Position numbers and translations under genes: made by a program
Notes under the pieces: model-generated
The model's input: the letters and a program-made list of their open reading frames with translations, nothing else
Told to the model about the DNA's origin: nothing
The model's database searches: none
Shown here: piece after piece, positions 50,351 through 62,720 of the stretch
How the letters are laid out: the number at the start of each line of letters is the position of its first letter
How positions within the stretch are numbered: the first letter of the stretch is position 1
Source of the DNA: Sphyrna mokarran
Taxonomy: Eukaryota
Length of the DNA stretch: 64,000 nucleotides
Reading direction: 5' to 3'
Assembly: GCA_024679065.1 (NCBI GenBank)
Contig: JAGIQG010000017.1
Location: 19,282,001-19,346,000 of the forward strand

Positions 50351-52449
50351 ATGCATACACATAAATTGGTGCTGCAAAGGGGAGTCTTTAGGCAACAAAA
50401 AGTTCAGGATCACTTTTTAGGCACTTATTATGTGACTGGAAAGAGTATGAAGGGAAATAATTGCACTGGATATGCTAGTATGATGTATATCTAGATCATG
50501 GTTCATGTTAATATTTTAGAGCTAATGTTTAGTTCAGGGAAGATTAAAGTTTTACTGCAGAAAATGGGATAAATGCAACTATAATGCAGATTAGAATCTA
50601 AAAGATTGGGTTGTGTTGACTTAAGGGGTGAAAAGCTAGAAAAGTAAGATGCTAAAACAGCAGGTGGGTTTACTTAGGTGGAGAGCTGCAGGTGTGATGT
50701 CCGCACTGGTTGCAAAGGATTATAATCCACAAGGATGTTTTGCTTTGGAAGTTAAAGTTAACTTAGTTCAAAAGGATTTTGTAAACCCTGAAAGGCTACA
50801 TTATTGTGGAGATAGTGAAGCTTAAGAAGGTTGTCTGGTTTCAATTTATCTGAGTGTTCCGCAGAAGACAAGGGACCATAAAAGAGAGGGCTCTTCCTGA
50901 CAGCTAGAGTTTGCAGAACTCCCAAGTGTCACTGGAAAAACTGTTGATTGCAGTTTTGATCTCATGTGGTGAGTAGCCCACAGAGAAGAACTGGGAGATA
51001 TTTGATGTGGTTAAGGCTCAGGGAAAGCCCTGGGAAACATAAATAGCTTGGTGCAGCTGGGTGACTAGAGTTCAGAGAAACCTAGGGGCAGCACCAGCTT
51101 AGCAAAGCTAACCATTTGCAAAACAGTTGGCATTGTGCAGTAATTAGAGGTAGGAATGCAACGTTCTGAAATCCATGCAACACAGTTTCAGGAGGAGAGA
51201 TTGAATCACCAAGAGATGAGCAGTCATTGAAGCAGAGCAGCTTTTGAGGGAGGGAATTCAGAGCTTAGGAGTATGTTTTAGTGGGTCTTATGTGTAAGTG
51301 CATATCCTGCCATAGCTGATAAATATCGTGAGAGGCCAAAAATGAAATTTATGTGAGATCCAAGAATGCGATTTTCCCAGCCAATACCCCCACCTCCCCC
51401 CCCCTCACCCTGCCATTGCACTCTCTTCTGATGATACAATCACGTTCATGCCCAGGTAGGGTATGAAGAGTATGAATTTCATTAGTATAAATTTGAATGC
51501 ATTACAATGTACTTAATGGGCCTAAGTTTGCACTTTCAGCTCTCGTTGAATCTTTCCATCTGTCAGCAATGATATCATGCTGATGTAAATCACTACTCCT
51601 TTTAAAAACCAGGAACTAGGCACTATGACCTCCAAGATAGAGGATGCAGGTGATCATCACTGTCTCCACTGAGTACCAGGGAATCCAGAGGGATAAAGGC
51701 CAAGAGAGGGTTAGGGGTGTGTTGCTGGTAGGGGGCCAGTAGGGTGAGAAAAAACATCAACTGCAGGGGCAGAAGGCTTTACCTGGGTTGGTGGGCTTGG
51801 AGTTTGCTGTTTGTTATGTGTAATTTTGCTCTAAGTGCTGTGCAAGTCTGCTTTCAGTGCTGTATAAATATGCAGTCAACTTATGAATCAGCTATCCAGG
51901 GGCCTTAAGTATGGATGGATGGCTGCAATGAACTCTCTGAATTATCCAGTCTGATTAATCAGGGTGCTTATTAGCTCTGTCCCTCCCAATAGGAGAAAGC
52001 AATTGTGTCCTGCTGCATTCCTAAGACTCATAGTGCTGACACTAATTGGCTACAAAGAATTAACCCTGAGCAACATTAGCTCCCATTAATCTCAAAGTCA
52101 AGGAATGGCATTAAGCCTCAGCTTTCCAGTCTCTAAGCTTGACGGCATGGAATTAAGAGGCAAAGTGGTTGCTTCACTGCTAGGTCTCCTGCATCTGCCA
52201 TTCAGGATTCACCAACACCTTGCATTCCAAGGCAAACAAACCCATCCATTTGTGATGAGAGAACACACTATCTTCCTGATAGAACTAGTGGTAGTGAACT
52301 TGTGAGAGGGGAACCCAGACTAAAGGTCCAAGATGAAGCTAAGTAGATGAGGGCATTTGTGAGGTGCAGCCTCGCTTTGGAAGATGGAAGGACACCAGAG
52401 GTGTGAGTATGTGATCACTACCAATGATTCTCTGAGACCAGCTGCTTTG

Positions 52450-52707
52450 GGGTGGCAATGTGGCACAGTGGTTAACACTGCTGACTCACAGCACCAGGGA
52501 TCCATGTTTGATTCCCAGCTTGAGTCACTGTCTATGCGAAGTTTGCACCTTCTCCCCATGTCTGCATAGGCTTCTTCTGTGCACTCTGCTTTTCTCCCAC
52601 AGTCTGAAGGATGAGCTGGTTAGGTGCCAGAATGTGGCAGCTAGGGGAATTTGACAGTAACTTCATTGCACTGTTAACGTAAGCCTCACTCATGACTAAT
52701 AAATAAA
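52450..52707 (+). mobile_element. tRNA-derived SINE with alternative tail
   Basis: A box TGGCACAGTGG, B box-like GTTTGATTCC, HE1-like body and tail CAGTAACTTCATTGCACTGTTAACGTAAGCCT...AATAAATAAA. Confidence 0.85.
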
Positions 52708-52982
52708 GTTTGAACTTTCCAGATCAGGAATGGCAATAGGTCAACAGAGATAATGATGGGCAGCAGCTGCATTAGCAACCTGATTCTCTCTCTCTCTTTC
52801 ATCTCTTGCAGAATTCTGAGCAATATTAGGATAGTGCCATTTGGGCTGACTATCTTATACAGCACTGGAGGAGCACAGACTCCAACAAAAACAGGTAGTG
52901 GCTCTGAGGAGAGACCCTGCAGGACAAGCCCAGGGGTTGCAGGGCAGGATCAGGGCAAGAGGCCAGACAAAAGAGCTGAAGA

Positions 52983-53535
52983 AGACCAAGGGTCTATCAG
53001 ATTTATATGTCCTTCCTGGAGCTGTCCAACATCATGTGATCATGATGACCCACCTAACTAACAAGATGGTATGGCATCCATATTATCCCCTTGCAGACAT
53101 GGTGCCAAGTTGCAGTGAAGGCTGTCTATGGCCATCAAGATCACAGCAGCCCTGAACTTCTTTGCCAGGGCTCTTCCGGAACTCCACTGGGAATTTGGTG
53201 GTCTCTCACGGACATCCATTCATAAGTGCACCTATGAGGTGATAAATCCACTGCATGCAAGTGTTTCGAATTGGACTAATCCTAGCAGGATAAGAGGGAT
53301 ATGAGATTTGAGCAGATAGCTAATCTGCCACAGGCGCAGAGGGTGATAAACTGCATGCATGTCACTCTCCACACCCTGTGACAGCAGGGAGTCTCCTTCA
53401 TCAACAGGAGGGGTTTCTACTCCCTCAATGTCCAGCTAGTGTGCGACAATCAAATGTGTGTTTTGCATGCTTGTCCCCATTTTCCTGGGTGTATACATGG
53501 CAACTTCATCCTTAGCTTGCCACAGATCCCTTGAG
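52983..53535 (+). pseudogene. PIF/Harbinger DDE transposase fossil
   Basis: Across frameshifts: RPRVYQIYMSFLELS, LSMAIKITAALNFFA, GLSRTSIHKC..EV, QAQRVINCMHV (GxIDxTHV), FINRRGFYSLNVQLVCD and FPGCIHGNFIL (PGSxHD). Two of the catalytic aspartates are altered. Confidence 0.88.
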
Positions 53536-54552
53536 TCATCGAGACATGCCAGGCTGTATTGATAGGTACCTAACCTATATTCACTGGTTAGAAAGTTCAA
53601 ACAAGTGATTGAAACAGGGTAAATTATCTGCCCTGAAAAATGAAGTATATTAATAAATGATCCCGGACAGGTGACAGACCTCTTCACGTGTCAGCCTGCT
53701 GGTTTTCAACCAGCGAACATAGGCCTAGAATCTCTGAGAAAAGAAGACCAATCTCCAGGACACTGATGTTTGCAATCCTGGAGAGAAATTCTCACAGCGT
53801 TAAAAAAATTGTGTTTTTTGTAATTTTCTTTGAATATTTGTCTTTACCAGGTATTAAAAATATTGAACATGTGGAGAGAAGGCTGTTAGGCTGAGGGTCA
53901 GGTATCACGTTCATTAGCCATGGAAGAAATCAAACTGGTGCACCATTGGCAGCACGGTAAGATCCCACCTGGCACAAATGGCAGTAGATTTCGGCAAGAA
54001 AATCATGAAAAATTACTATATAGAAGGAGGTCATTTGTAGGGTCCGTTCGTTCCTTTGAATAGTTTAAATGAAGAGAACTTAAAGCTAAATCATTACAAA
54101 AGCGAAAAGAAAGAAAAAAGCTGGAGAGAGACTTGCTCTCTCTGCCAGCCCCCTGAACTGACTTGATCACAGAATCCAAGATCAAAGCTGAACTGAATTA
54201 AAAACGCAGAACTGAAACTACAATATATGTCATTCGTTATCTTTATTATTGAAATGGTTTTGCACACGCTAACTTGGAGAAACAGGTCTTGCAGATGTTG
54301 TCTATGAAAAGCTTTGTTTGGCTGATAAAAGATTTTGTTGACATTGTACTTTTCAAAAATGCAGTCAATTTCTAGCTAACCCAGCATGCCTTCTGAGTTT
54401 TAAAATGTAGTCGTTAGTTTTTTAAGTTTCACAGCATTAGTTACATAGGCAGAAATATCATAAAATGAAGTAATTGCATTAAAAAACAAACCATACACAA
54501 GATCCCTCTATACCATTCATCCCATCGTACCTATGCCAGTTCTTTAAAAGAT

Positions 54553-54960
54553 CTATGATGGAATATTGTTCAATTGCCTAGATGATTGCAGCTCCAAAAC
54601 ACTGAGGAATTGTGATACGAATCAGAACAAACCAGCCGCTTAAGTGGCACCACATTCACTATCTTAAACATTCACCTCTCTACCAATGACACACTTGGGA
54701 GCTGCATGTACAATCTACAAGATGCACTGCAGCAAATCACCAAGGATCTTTCAATGGCACCTTCCAAACTCTCAATTCTTTCATCTAGAAAGATAAGAGC
54801 AGCAGCTGCATGGAAATTCATCACCTACAGGCTTCCCTCTAAGCCAAGTTCTGTCCTGAACTGGAACTATATTACCATTCCTTTACTATTGCTGGGACAA
54901 ATTCTTGAACTTCATTTACAACACTATACACTACATAGACCACAGCAATTCAAGAAGAGA
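54553..54960 (+). mobile_element. Old CR1-group LINE C-terminal fragment
   Basis: Decayed MEY...AAP.TL...DT.Q.K.A.L and CTIYKMHCSKSPR motifs of a second CR1-like family. Confidence 0.7.
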
Positions 54961-55517
54961 ACCTCAAAATATAAGATCTCAGAGTCTTATATTTGAGACT
55001 TGGCTGCAAGTTGATGGTTGGAGTGGAGGGCAATAGAATTGAATTGGTTCAGAAGAGTGGACTCTCTAAGTGAAATACAAGAGCCAGCAAACCCAAAGTA
55101 GAGTGAGGCCATTGTTAGAGTTGTAGACGATGGTTTTGAAATCGGTGGAGTATGACATAGGAGCCAGTAAAGATTGGCAAGATGTAGTGATAGGTGAATG
55201 GTATTTTATAACTCTAAAATGGACTAGAGTCCATTCAGACTCTAGTCTGAATGGCCTAGTTCAGACTATGACATCTCAAGATCCCAGGAGGGGATAAGGC
55301 AATTGCAAGAATTAGAAGATGACCAGGAAAGGAGCTATTTATAATGTTGGGTGATGAAAGATGATTAAGTCAGGGGAGGAGGTGTTTACCAGGACAGAGG
55401 AGTATGCGATTGGGAAAGAAAGGAGGAGATTTGGAAAGAGGGATACAAATTGGAGGGGGTGAGGGGATTGATGACTGCAGGAGTAGGCATCAGTAGAGGA
55501 GTCGCCTGTCAGGAGCG

Positions 55518-55782
55518 GGTGAGGTGTGTTACAGTGGTTAACACTGCTGCCTCACAGAGCCAGGAATCTGGTTCAATTCTCGGCTTGGATCACTGTCTGC
55601 ATGGAGTTTGCACATTCATCTCTTAGGTTTCCTCTGGGTGCTCTGGTTTTCTCCTACAGTGTGGAGATGCCGGTGTTGGACTGGGGTGAACACAGTAAAC
55701 TTGAGACTTCTTACTGTATTTCTGCCATAGTCCCAAGGTGTGCGGGTTAGGTGGATTGGCCATGCTAAATTGCCATTAGTGT
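55518..55782 (+). mobile_element. HE1-like SINE interrupted by a short Penelope-like end (55661-55717)
   Basis: CAGTGGTTAACACTGCTGCCTCACAG, B box GGTTCAATTC and body GGTTAGGTGGATTGGCCATGCTAAATTGCC. Confidence 0.8.
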
Positions 55783-55985
55783 CAATTACTTGGGGACAGA
55801 GGCTCAAGGCGTGAGCAGCAAGGTTTAAAGGAGATGTATGAGGCAGACTTTTTACATAGAGGACGGTGAGCGCTCGGAACTTGCTGCCAGGGGAGATGGT
55901 TGAAGCGGATATGGTAGTGATTTTTAAGGCGCATCTTGACAAATACATGAATAAGATGGTAATAGAGGGATATGGTCCCCAGAAG
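55783..55985 (+). mobile_element. CR1 3' fragment
   Basis: FFTxRTVSARNLLPGEMVEAD..FKAHLDKYM, the CR1 ORF2 extreme C-terminus. Confidence 0.8.
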
Positions 55986-57283
55986 GATATCTCTTTCATG
56001 ATGTTTATTTCCTTCTTTCCCGATATTTTAATCTATCATTATTTGCTTTCTCCCCTCAGAATGGCCTACTCTTCGATCAAAGTTGCTTAATGCAAATGAC
56101 TTAGAAAAATACAGCACAGGAAACAGGCCCTTTGGCTCTCCAAAATCTCAACTCTTTTTAGAACTGGATTGCTTTTTTGTTGTCTTGTATGTATTGTTTA
56201 ATTCAAATGATTTGGATAATCGACTTCTATTGTATATAATTTGGCTTCAAAAGTAAACCATATTTATTTGTGTTGGAGCTATAGCTCTTTATATGAGGGA
56301 GTTTGAGACTAAAAATGACAGTCAAAGTGAATATAGTATACAGAAGTCATCAGAGCCTGGAGTATATCTTACAAAGGTATTGTTTGCATAGAATCATACA
56401 TAATAATTGTTAGAGAATTTAAACATGAGTTTTTATGTATTCTACATTTAACACCTACACATTGGCCAGCTACAGAAATTGATCAAATCATACTGGGATA
56501 AAGCTGAGTAAGATGAACCACATTTTTTAAGAACAATACTGCCACAGAGCACAGTCTTCATCAGTATGGTCTCCAGACAGTAGAATTGGTTTCAGATGAG
56601 GTCTTACATTACACCAGATAAGAATTGTATAGTACGATCTTAGGAAATAAGAAAGGAAGCTTTTGAACTCTCCACGTTTGCGTAGTGGGTTGCCAGGAGA
56701 CAATGGGAGGAATCTTCCAGACTTTAAGGACCTATGTATTCTTATATTGCCAAAAGGTGGAATGTCATTAAATTGCTCATCCTGTATGGTGGAACAGAAA
56801 ATGATTTCTGGAAAAAGTATACTTGTAACCTAATTTCAATATAATTTAGAGTGCTTTGTAACTGACCCAAAATCACTCTCCAATTTCACTGACCAGCCCT
56901 GGGCAATAAAGATATATCTTGACCAGAATATTATCTCCGTGAGTCTTTGTGTTTTGCTAAGCTGCAATTAATGAAGAGAAATCTCTAACATGAAAGCCAA
57001 CATAAGACCTAAGTCCCAGAAAAAACTCCTATACTCTTCAATGTCTTTATCAATAATCTGAGCAAAAATGTTGGGGAAGCTATCATCAAATTTGTGGATG
57101 ACATACAGATTTGAGTCAGTCTTAGAGGACTTAAATGAGGAGAAAATGATACAACTAATTGCAGGAATGGGACAGGTTTGATAAATCATTTGGTCTTTCC
57201 CAATCTGTTATTTCCAAACTAGATTGAACTATATGGAACAGACAACACAGAAGCAGGCCATTCGCTGAACCATTCAGTTTCAT

Positions 57284-57385
57284 GATGGCACAGTGGTTAG
57301 CACTCCTGTCTCACAGTGCCATGGATCAAGGTACAATTCCCGACTTCAGTCACTGTCTGTGCGGAGTCTGCACATTCTTCACATG
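57284..57385 (+). mobile_element. SINE head fragment
   Basis: TGGCACAGTGGTTAGCACT...GGAGTCTGCACATTCT. Confidence 0.75.
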
Positions 57386-57399
57386 GTGGTGGTACTTGT

Positions 57400-57750
57400 T
57401 TTATTTTTATTTATTCATGGAACACTGACATCACTGGTTGGTCAGCATTTGTTAACCATTCCTAGTTGTCCAAAGGCAGTTGAGGGTCAATCACATTGCT
57501 GTGGCTCTGGAGTCACATGCAGGCCAGACCAGGTAAAGAAGGCAGATTTCCTTCCCTAAAAGATGTTAGTGAACTGGATGGGTTTTTCCAACAATCAACA
57601 ATGCTTTCACGGTCATCAGTAGATTTTTAATTTCAGGTTCTTTTTATTGAATTCAAATTCTACCATCTGTCATTGTGGGATTTGAGCCCAAAACATTAGC
57701 TGAATTTTTGGATTAATAGTCCAGTGGTAATACCACTAGGCTATCACTTC
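57400..57750 (-). mobile_element. CR1-group LINE 3' UTR fragment
   Basis: T-rich start, then CAGCATTTGTTAACCATTCCTAGTTGTCC (similar to 61980-62010) and GGCAGATTTCCTTCCCTAAA; recognised as a recurrent shark LINE 3' region. Confidence 0.55.
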
Positions 57751-60000
57751 CCTTTTTGCAGTTGTTACAGTTTTTATGTTCTCTGTGGAGGTGGTACAAT
57801 GAGCTGTTATCTGATCCTCCCAGCCTTTTCTATCAAAGCTACACTGATTTATTGAGAGAGTAGTTAGTTATATTGGTACTGTTGCACACATGCAAATAAA
57901 TTTCATGTGAAATATCCTCTATCAGGGGTTGCCTCATCTGCTTTTAGTTTTCAGTAGTGGGAGAGCAGGAGTAATGAAAACTGTCCATTAAACCTTGTGA
58001 AGCATATTGTAGTACAATATGAAATCACTTGGTACTCTCTATGCTTCCAACATTAAAAAATGATCAATCTGCAGAGTGAATAATTGCCCACACATCCAAA
58101 TACATGTGAACAGAGCATCTTTGTAGCTGATAGTATGATTTGGACAGGTGCACAACTTGAGGATCTGCCAACTGTACATAGCACTCCATAAATCCTTGCC
58201 CAGCTTCCTGACCTTTCCCTTCTGAGTTACACTCGAAAACTGTTTTGCATCTGGAGGAAAATGCTTGAGAAGAGATTTGATAATAAGGATAAGTTATTTG
58301 CTAAACAATGCCTGCACCATCTGTTACATAAATGGCTGTGTGCCATTTGCTGGTATATTTTCATTTTTCATTTCTCTTGGACATGTGTTATCTCTATTTT
58401 GCATATCAATAATACAGCTACATTACAATTGTTTATCGCATACCATCAATACTGAATCGTACATTGCTCTAGTTTGTGAAAAACTACAAACACAATCTAA
58501 CTACTGGTAAAGATCAACTCAACTTTCATTGTATTTTTAAGTATGAACGAATTGAAGATGATGTTGAAATAATGTGGCTGTTTATGTTCAAAGTTAATGG
58601 AACTAATTACTCTGTTTTTAATCCATGTGTCATCTGTTCGCTACTGCACAAGAATAAAGACATTGTGGTTCTTGGTTGCAGTGATACTGTGTGATTGCTT
58701 TAATGCACCTTAAGAATCTTGCATGGACCAATCTCACACATCAAAACACAGGACAGTATTACACGGCAGAAGCAAGTTCACCTGACAGTGCTGGCTAGAG
58801 ATCAGTTTTCTGTGTAAATTGCTAACTAATAACCTAATTGATACTTTAAAATAAATTGGCGCTTTCTATATGCTAGATATAATTTCCAGTTGTCAGACAT
58901 TAGCTTCATTCACCATTTGCGTAAATCCTGTGCTATTTTGCTTCCGTTCATTGTTAGTATATGGTATTTACAGCACAGGAACAGGCCCTTTGGCTCTCCA
59001 AACCTGCAGCGACCATGCTGCCCAACTTAGCTGAAAGCCCCCACCCTTTCAGGAATCATATCCCTCTGTTCCCATCTCATTCATGTACTTGTCAAGTTGC
59101 CCCTTAAAAGTCACTACCGTATCCGATTCCACTACCTCCCCGGCAACGATTTCCAGGCATCAACCACTTTCTGTGTAAAAAATTTCCCTTGTGAATCTTT
59201 TTTAAACCTTGTACCTTAAACCTATGCGCCCTAGTAATTGACCCTTCCACCCTGGGAGAAAGCTTCTGGCTACCCACTTCGTCCATGCCTCTCATAATCT
59301 TGTAGATTTCCATCAGGTCTCCCTTCAACCTCCGTCACTCCAGTGAGAACAAACCAAGTTTTTCCAATCTCTCCTCATAGCTAATGCCCTCCATACCAGG
59401 CAACAACCTGGTAAATCTTTTCTGTACCCTTTCCAAAGCCTCCACATCCTTCTAATAGTGTGGCAACCAGAATTGAACACTATATTCCAAGTGCTAGCCT
59501 AACTAAAATTTTACAAAGCTGCAACATGACTTGTCTATTTTTAAACTCAATATCCCAGCCGATGAAGGCAAGCATGCTATATGCCTTCTTGACGACTTTC
59601 TCCACCTGTATTGCCATTTTCAGTGGTCTGTGTATCTTTATCTATCAATACTCCTCAGGGTTCTGCCATTTACTATATATTTCCTATCTCTATTAGACCT
59701 TCCAAAATGCATCATTTCACATTTGTCTGGAACAAACTCCATCTGCTATCTTTCCACCCAAGTCTCCAACTGATCTATATCCTGCTATATCCTCTGATCG
59801 TCCTCATTGCTATCCGCAAATCTGCCAACCATTTAGTTGTCCACAAACTTACTGATCAATCCAGTTACATTTTTCTCAAATCATTTATATATATTACAAA
59901 CAGCAAAGGTTCCAGCACTGATCCCTGAGGAACACCACTTGTCACATCTTTCCATTTAGAAATGTACCTTTCCACTGCTACTCTCTGCCTTCTTTGACTG

Positions 60001-60248
60001 AGTAAGAAGTCTCACAACACTAGGTTAAAGTCCAACAGGTTTATCTGGTAGTAAAAGCCACTAGCTTTCGGAGCACTGCTCCTTCATCAGGAAAGTGGGA
60101 GTTCTGTTCACAAACAGGGCATATAAAGACACAAACTCAATTTACAAAATAATGATTGGAATATAAGTCTTTATAGATAATCAAGTCTTAAAGGTACAGA
60201 CACTGAATGCACAGAGCATTAAGCACACATTACAGAGATGTGTATGTG
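60001..60248 (-). mobile_element. Penelope-like element terminal fragment nested in CR1
   Basis: Interrupts the CR1 RT and is flanked by imperfect direct repeats TCTTTGACTGAG (59991-60002) and TCTTTGAATGAC (60249-60260). Contains a hammerhead core typical of Penelope pseudo-LTRs. Confidence 0.75.
60057..60098 (-). ncRNA. Minimal type I hammerhead ribozyme motif (probably degenerate stem I)
   Basis: Minus strand reads CCACTTTC-CTGATGA-A-GGAGC-AGT-GCTCC-GAAA-GCTA-GTGG: both core boxes, a perfect 5-bp stem II and a palindromic AGCT in place of stem III. Confidence 0.75.
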
Positions 60249-61179
60249 TCTTTGAATGACCCAGTTTTGCATCCACCTTGCCAGCTCACCTCTGATCCCA
60301 TGTGACTTCATCTTTTGCACCAGTCTTCCATGAGGCAACTTGTCAAAGGCCTTACTGAAGTCCATGTAGACAACATCCACTAGCTTACCTTCATTGATCA
60401 TCTTCATCACTTCCTCGAAAAACTTCATCAAATTTGTGAGACATGACCTCCCCTTCGCAAAACCATGTTACCTCTCTCTAATACGTCCACTTATTTCCAA
60501 GTGGGAATAACTCCTGTCTTGAAGAATCTTCTCCAATAATTATGATTATATAAAACTCCTTTACCCACCAGGAGGTGTTCAAAATAAATGGGTTAAGTCT
60601 TCCTTTAAGATAGTGCAAAACAATACTGTGCAAATATGCTTGAGCTCTCATTGAACGATGAAGCAGACCTAATGGGTTGAATGGCCTAATTCTGCACCAA
60701 TGTCTAATGGTCTCTTCCACTGCCTAATTTGACCCCAAGGGGCGAATACTTCAGAAGATTTTCCTCTCATGCTTTTGATTATAAAATTTGTTTTCTATCT
60801 TTATTGCACATTCTTTGTGAGCATTCTTTGATTCAGTACTTAGCTTTGCTGCTTATTCCTGGGCAAATTCGACTCTTGAGCCATCCCACAGCAAGCACCG
60901 CATGCTTTCCTCGCTCCCTGAATTTTAATTTCACCTTTCTACAATGGGTCCCTCCTCTGCAGTGTATTTCACAGCAGCCTGATGGAGATTGGAGTAAATT
61001 CTCTCCTGGAATTTACGGTGTGGTAAATTCCAGGAGAGAAATCCTGCCTCACACTTCACTCTGCAACTCAACATTTTCATGGGATGTAAACTTGGCTGCC
61101 ACCTGCCGGAAGCACATTGAAATTTTATAAAATGCTGAGAGTGTGAAAATTCTGTTGCAACTTATTTGCAATTTAGATT

Positions 61180-61443
61180 GTACTTATTGGTGTCACAAGG
61201 AGGCTTACAGTAACATTGCAATGGATTCACTGTGATAATCCACTCTTTGCCACACTCCGGCATCTGTTCGGGAATACTGAGGAAGAATTTAGCATGGCTA
61301 ATGCACCTAACCAGCACATCCTTTAGACTGTAGGAGGAAACTCACGCAAATACGGGGACAACGTGCAGACTTCACAAAGACTAAAGCCCAAATCGGGAAC
61401 CAAACCCGAGTCCTGGTGCTATGTGGCAGTAATGCTAACCATC
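61180..61443 (-). mobile_element. SINE with alternative tail
   Basis: Reverse complement of the SINE body (AATTTAGCATGGCTAATGCACCTAACC...GGAGGAAAC) and of the CAGT..ATTGCAATGTT..GTAAGCCT tail. Confidence 0.78.
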
Positions 61444-61959
61444 TTCCTGCTTACTATGTAATTATGATACAGATGAATAAAAATCATATGGTCTTTTTCA
61501 TCATCTAAAGTTAGGGCTATCCAAACTACAACCTAGAGTCCACAACTACTTAACATCCATCCACAAAGTGGTTTTTAACTGTGGAACTGCCACTAAAGAA
61601 TGGATGACCAGCCACTGACAAATAGGGAGGTGCATTGACACTGCTGCTCAAGTTCACACCATTGCAATCTTCACCTGGGCCTGTAAACAGGCGATCAGCA
61701 CTACCATCTGAAACAAGTGGGAAGCTGCTTTCAAAATTCAATTTCAAGCAACTGCTGGAGATTTCTCAAGAAAGAAGCCTCAAAAGTTCAGCTATTTCTC
61801 TTTTGTGATCCCACAAGAAACTTCCAGCCCATGGTCAGACCATTTGAGATCTTCCTACATGTTTGCATCTTCCTCCAAACCTGACTTGTTGAATAGTTCT
61901 CCTAACTGCCTGCAGAGAACCAGCAAGCTGTCCACTTTTGTTGAATTGATTATTTTGGT

Positions 61960-62720
61960 TAAATTGGTTCTTGAATTTGAGGCCAGCATTGACTACCCAT
62001 CCCTAATTATCCTTGAGAACGTGGTGGTGAGCCACCTTCTTAAACCATTGTGTTCCATGAAGTATAGGTGCACCCACTGCGCTGTTTGCACAGGAGTACC
62101 TGGACTTTGACCCAGTGATGATGAAGAATGGCAACATATTTCTCGGTTGGGTTGGTATGCGAATTAGAGAGTAGTTTGCAGGTAGCAGTGTTCCTATGCA
62201 CATAGTACTTTTGTTCTTTTAGGTGTTGGAAGGTGTAGATTTGCCAGATGTTGCCTAGCAAGGCTTGCTGAGTTGCAGCAATGCATTATGCAGATAGTGC
62301 ATACTTTGCAGTTACTCTGTGGAAGTGATGGGTGGACTTAGTATTTAAGATGGTGGATGGGATGTCAATTAATTGTCTTGAATGGTATCGAGCTCTTTGA
62401 ATGTTGTTGGAGCTGCACTTGGCCATGTATTTTATAGACATTCATTACACTCCTGACTTGTGCATTGTGAATAGTAGAAATATTTTGGGAAGTTAGGAAG
62501 TGAGTTACACACTCAAATTCTGATCTGCTTTTGCAGCTTACATAGGACTGTGACAAGTCTAGTTAAATTTTTGGTTAATTATATGATCCTAAGATTTTGT
62601 GACAGGAATGTGATTTAATTTCAAGTGATGGTGATTAGATTCTCTCCTGTTGAAGATGATGGCACATGATTTGACACGTTTCAAGTCCCATGTTGGCTGG
62701 TAGTCCAGCGACTCTGCTAA
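61960..62720 (-). mobile_element. Old CR1-group LINE 3' region
   Basis: Same family as 54553-54960 in the opposite orientation. Minus ORFs contain STIHNAQVRSVM and KYVAILHHHWVK, plus QWFKKVAHHHVLK. Confidence 0.72.

Larger units (their letters stand above)
58965..60540 (-). mobile_element. CR1 LINE, 5'-truncated, split by a Penelope-like insertion
   Basis: Minus ORFs VDVVYMDFSKAFDKLPHGRLVQKMKSHGIRGELARWMQNW (60219..60431) and KGDLMEIYKIMRGMD...TRAHRFKV (59104..59328). GVPQGSVL at about 59913-59936. Confidence 0.93.

Noticed and set aside
50430-51360. Possible solo LTR or LTR-element remnant
   Set aside because: Purine-rich and repeat-like, but I could not identify TG..CA ends, a TSD, PBS/PPT or coding motifs.
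52450-52530. tRNA genes at A/B-box sequences (also 1470-1546, 55520, 57284, 63560-63627)
   Set aside because: They are SINE heads continuing into SINE bodies, with no cloverleaf.
52983-53535. Domesticated HARBI1 gene
   Set aside because: Multiple frameshifts and stops with altered catalytic residues; it is a decayed transposon copy.
61550-61950. Possible host exon on the minus strand (ORF 61550..61747) and ORF 60729..61130
   Set aside because: No recognisable domain, upstream frames contain stops and I see no convincing splice context. A BLASTx or RNA-seq check would be needed to exclude it fully.
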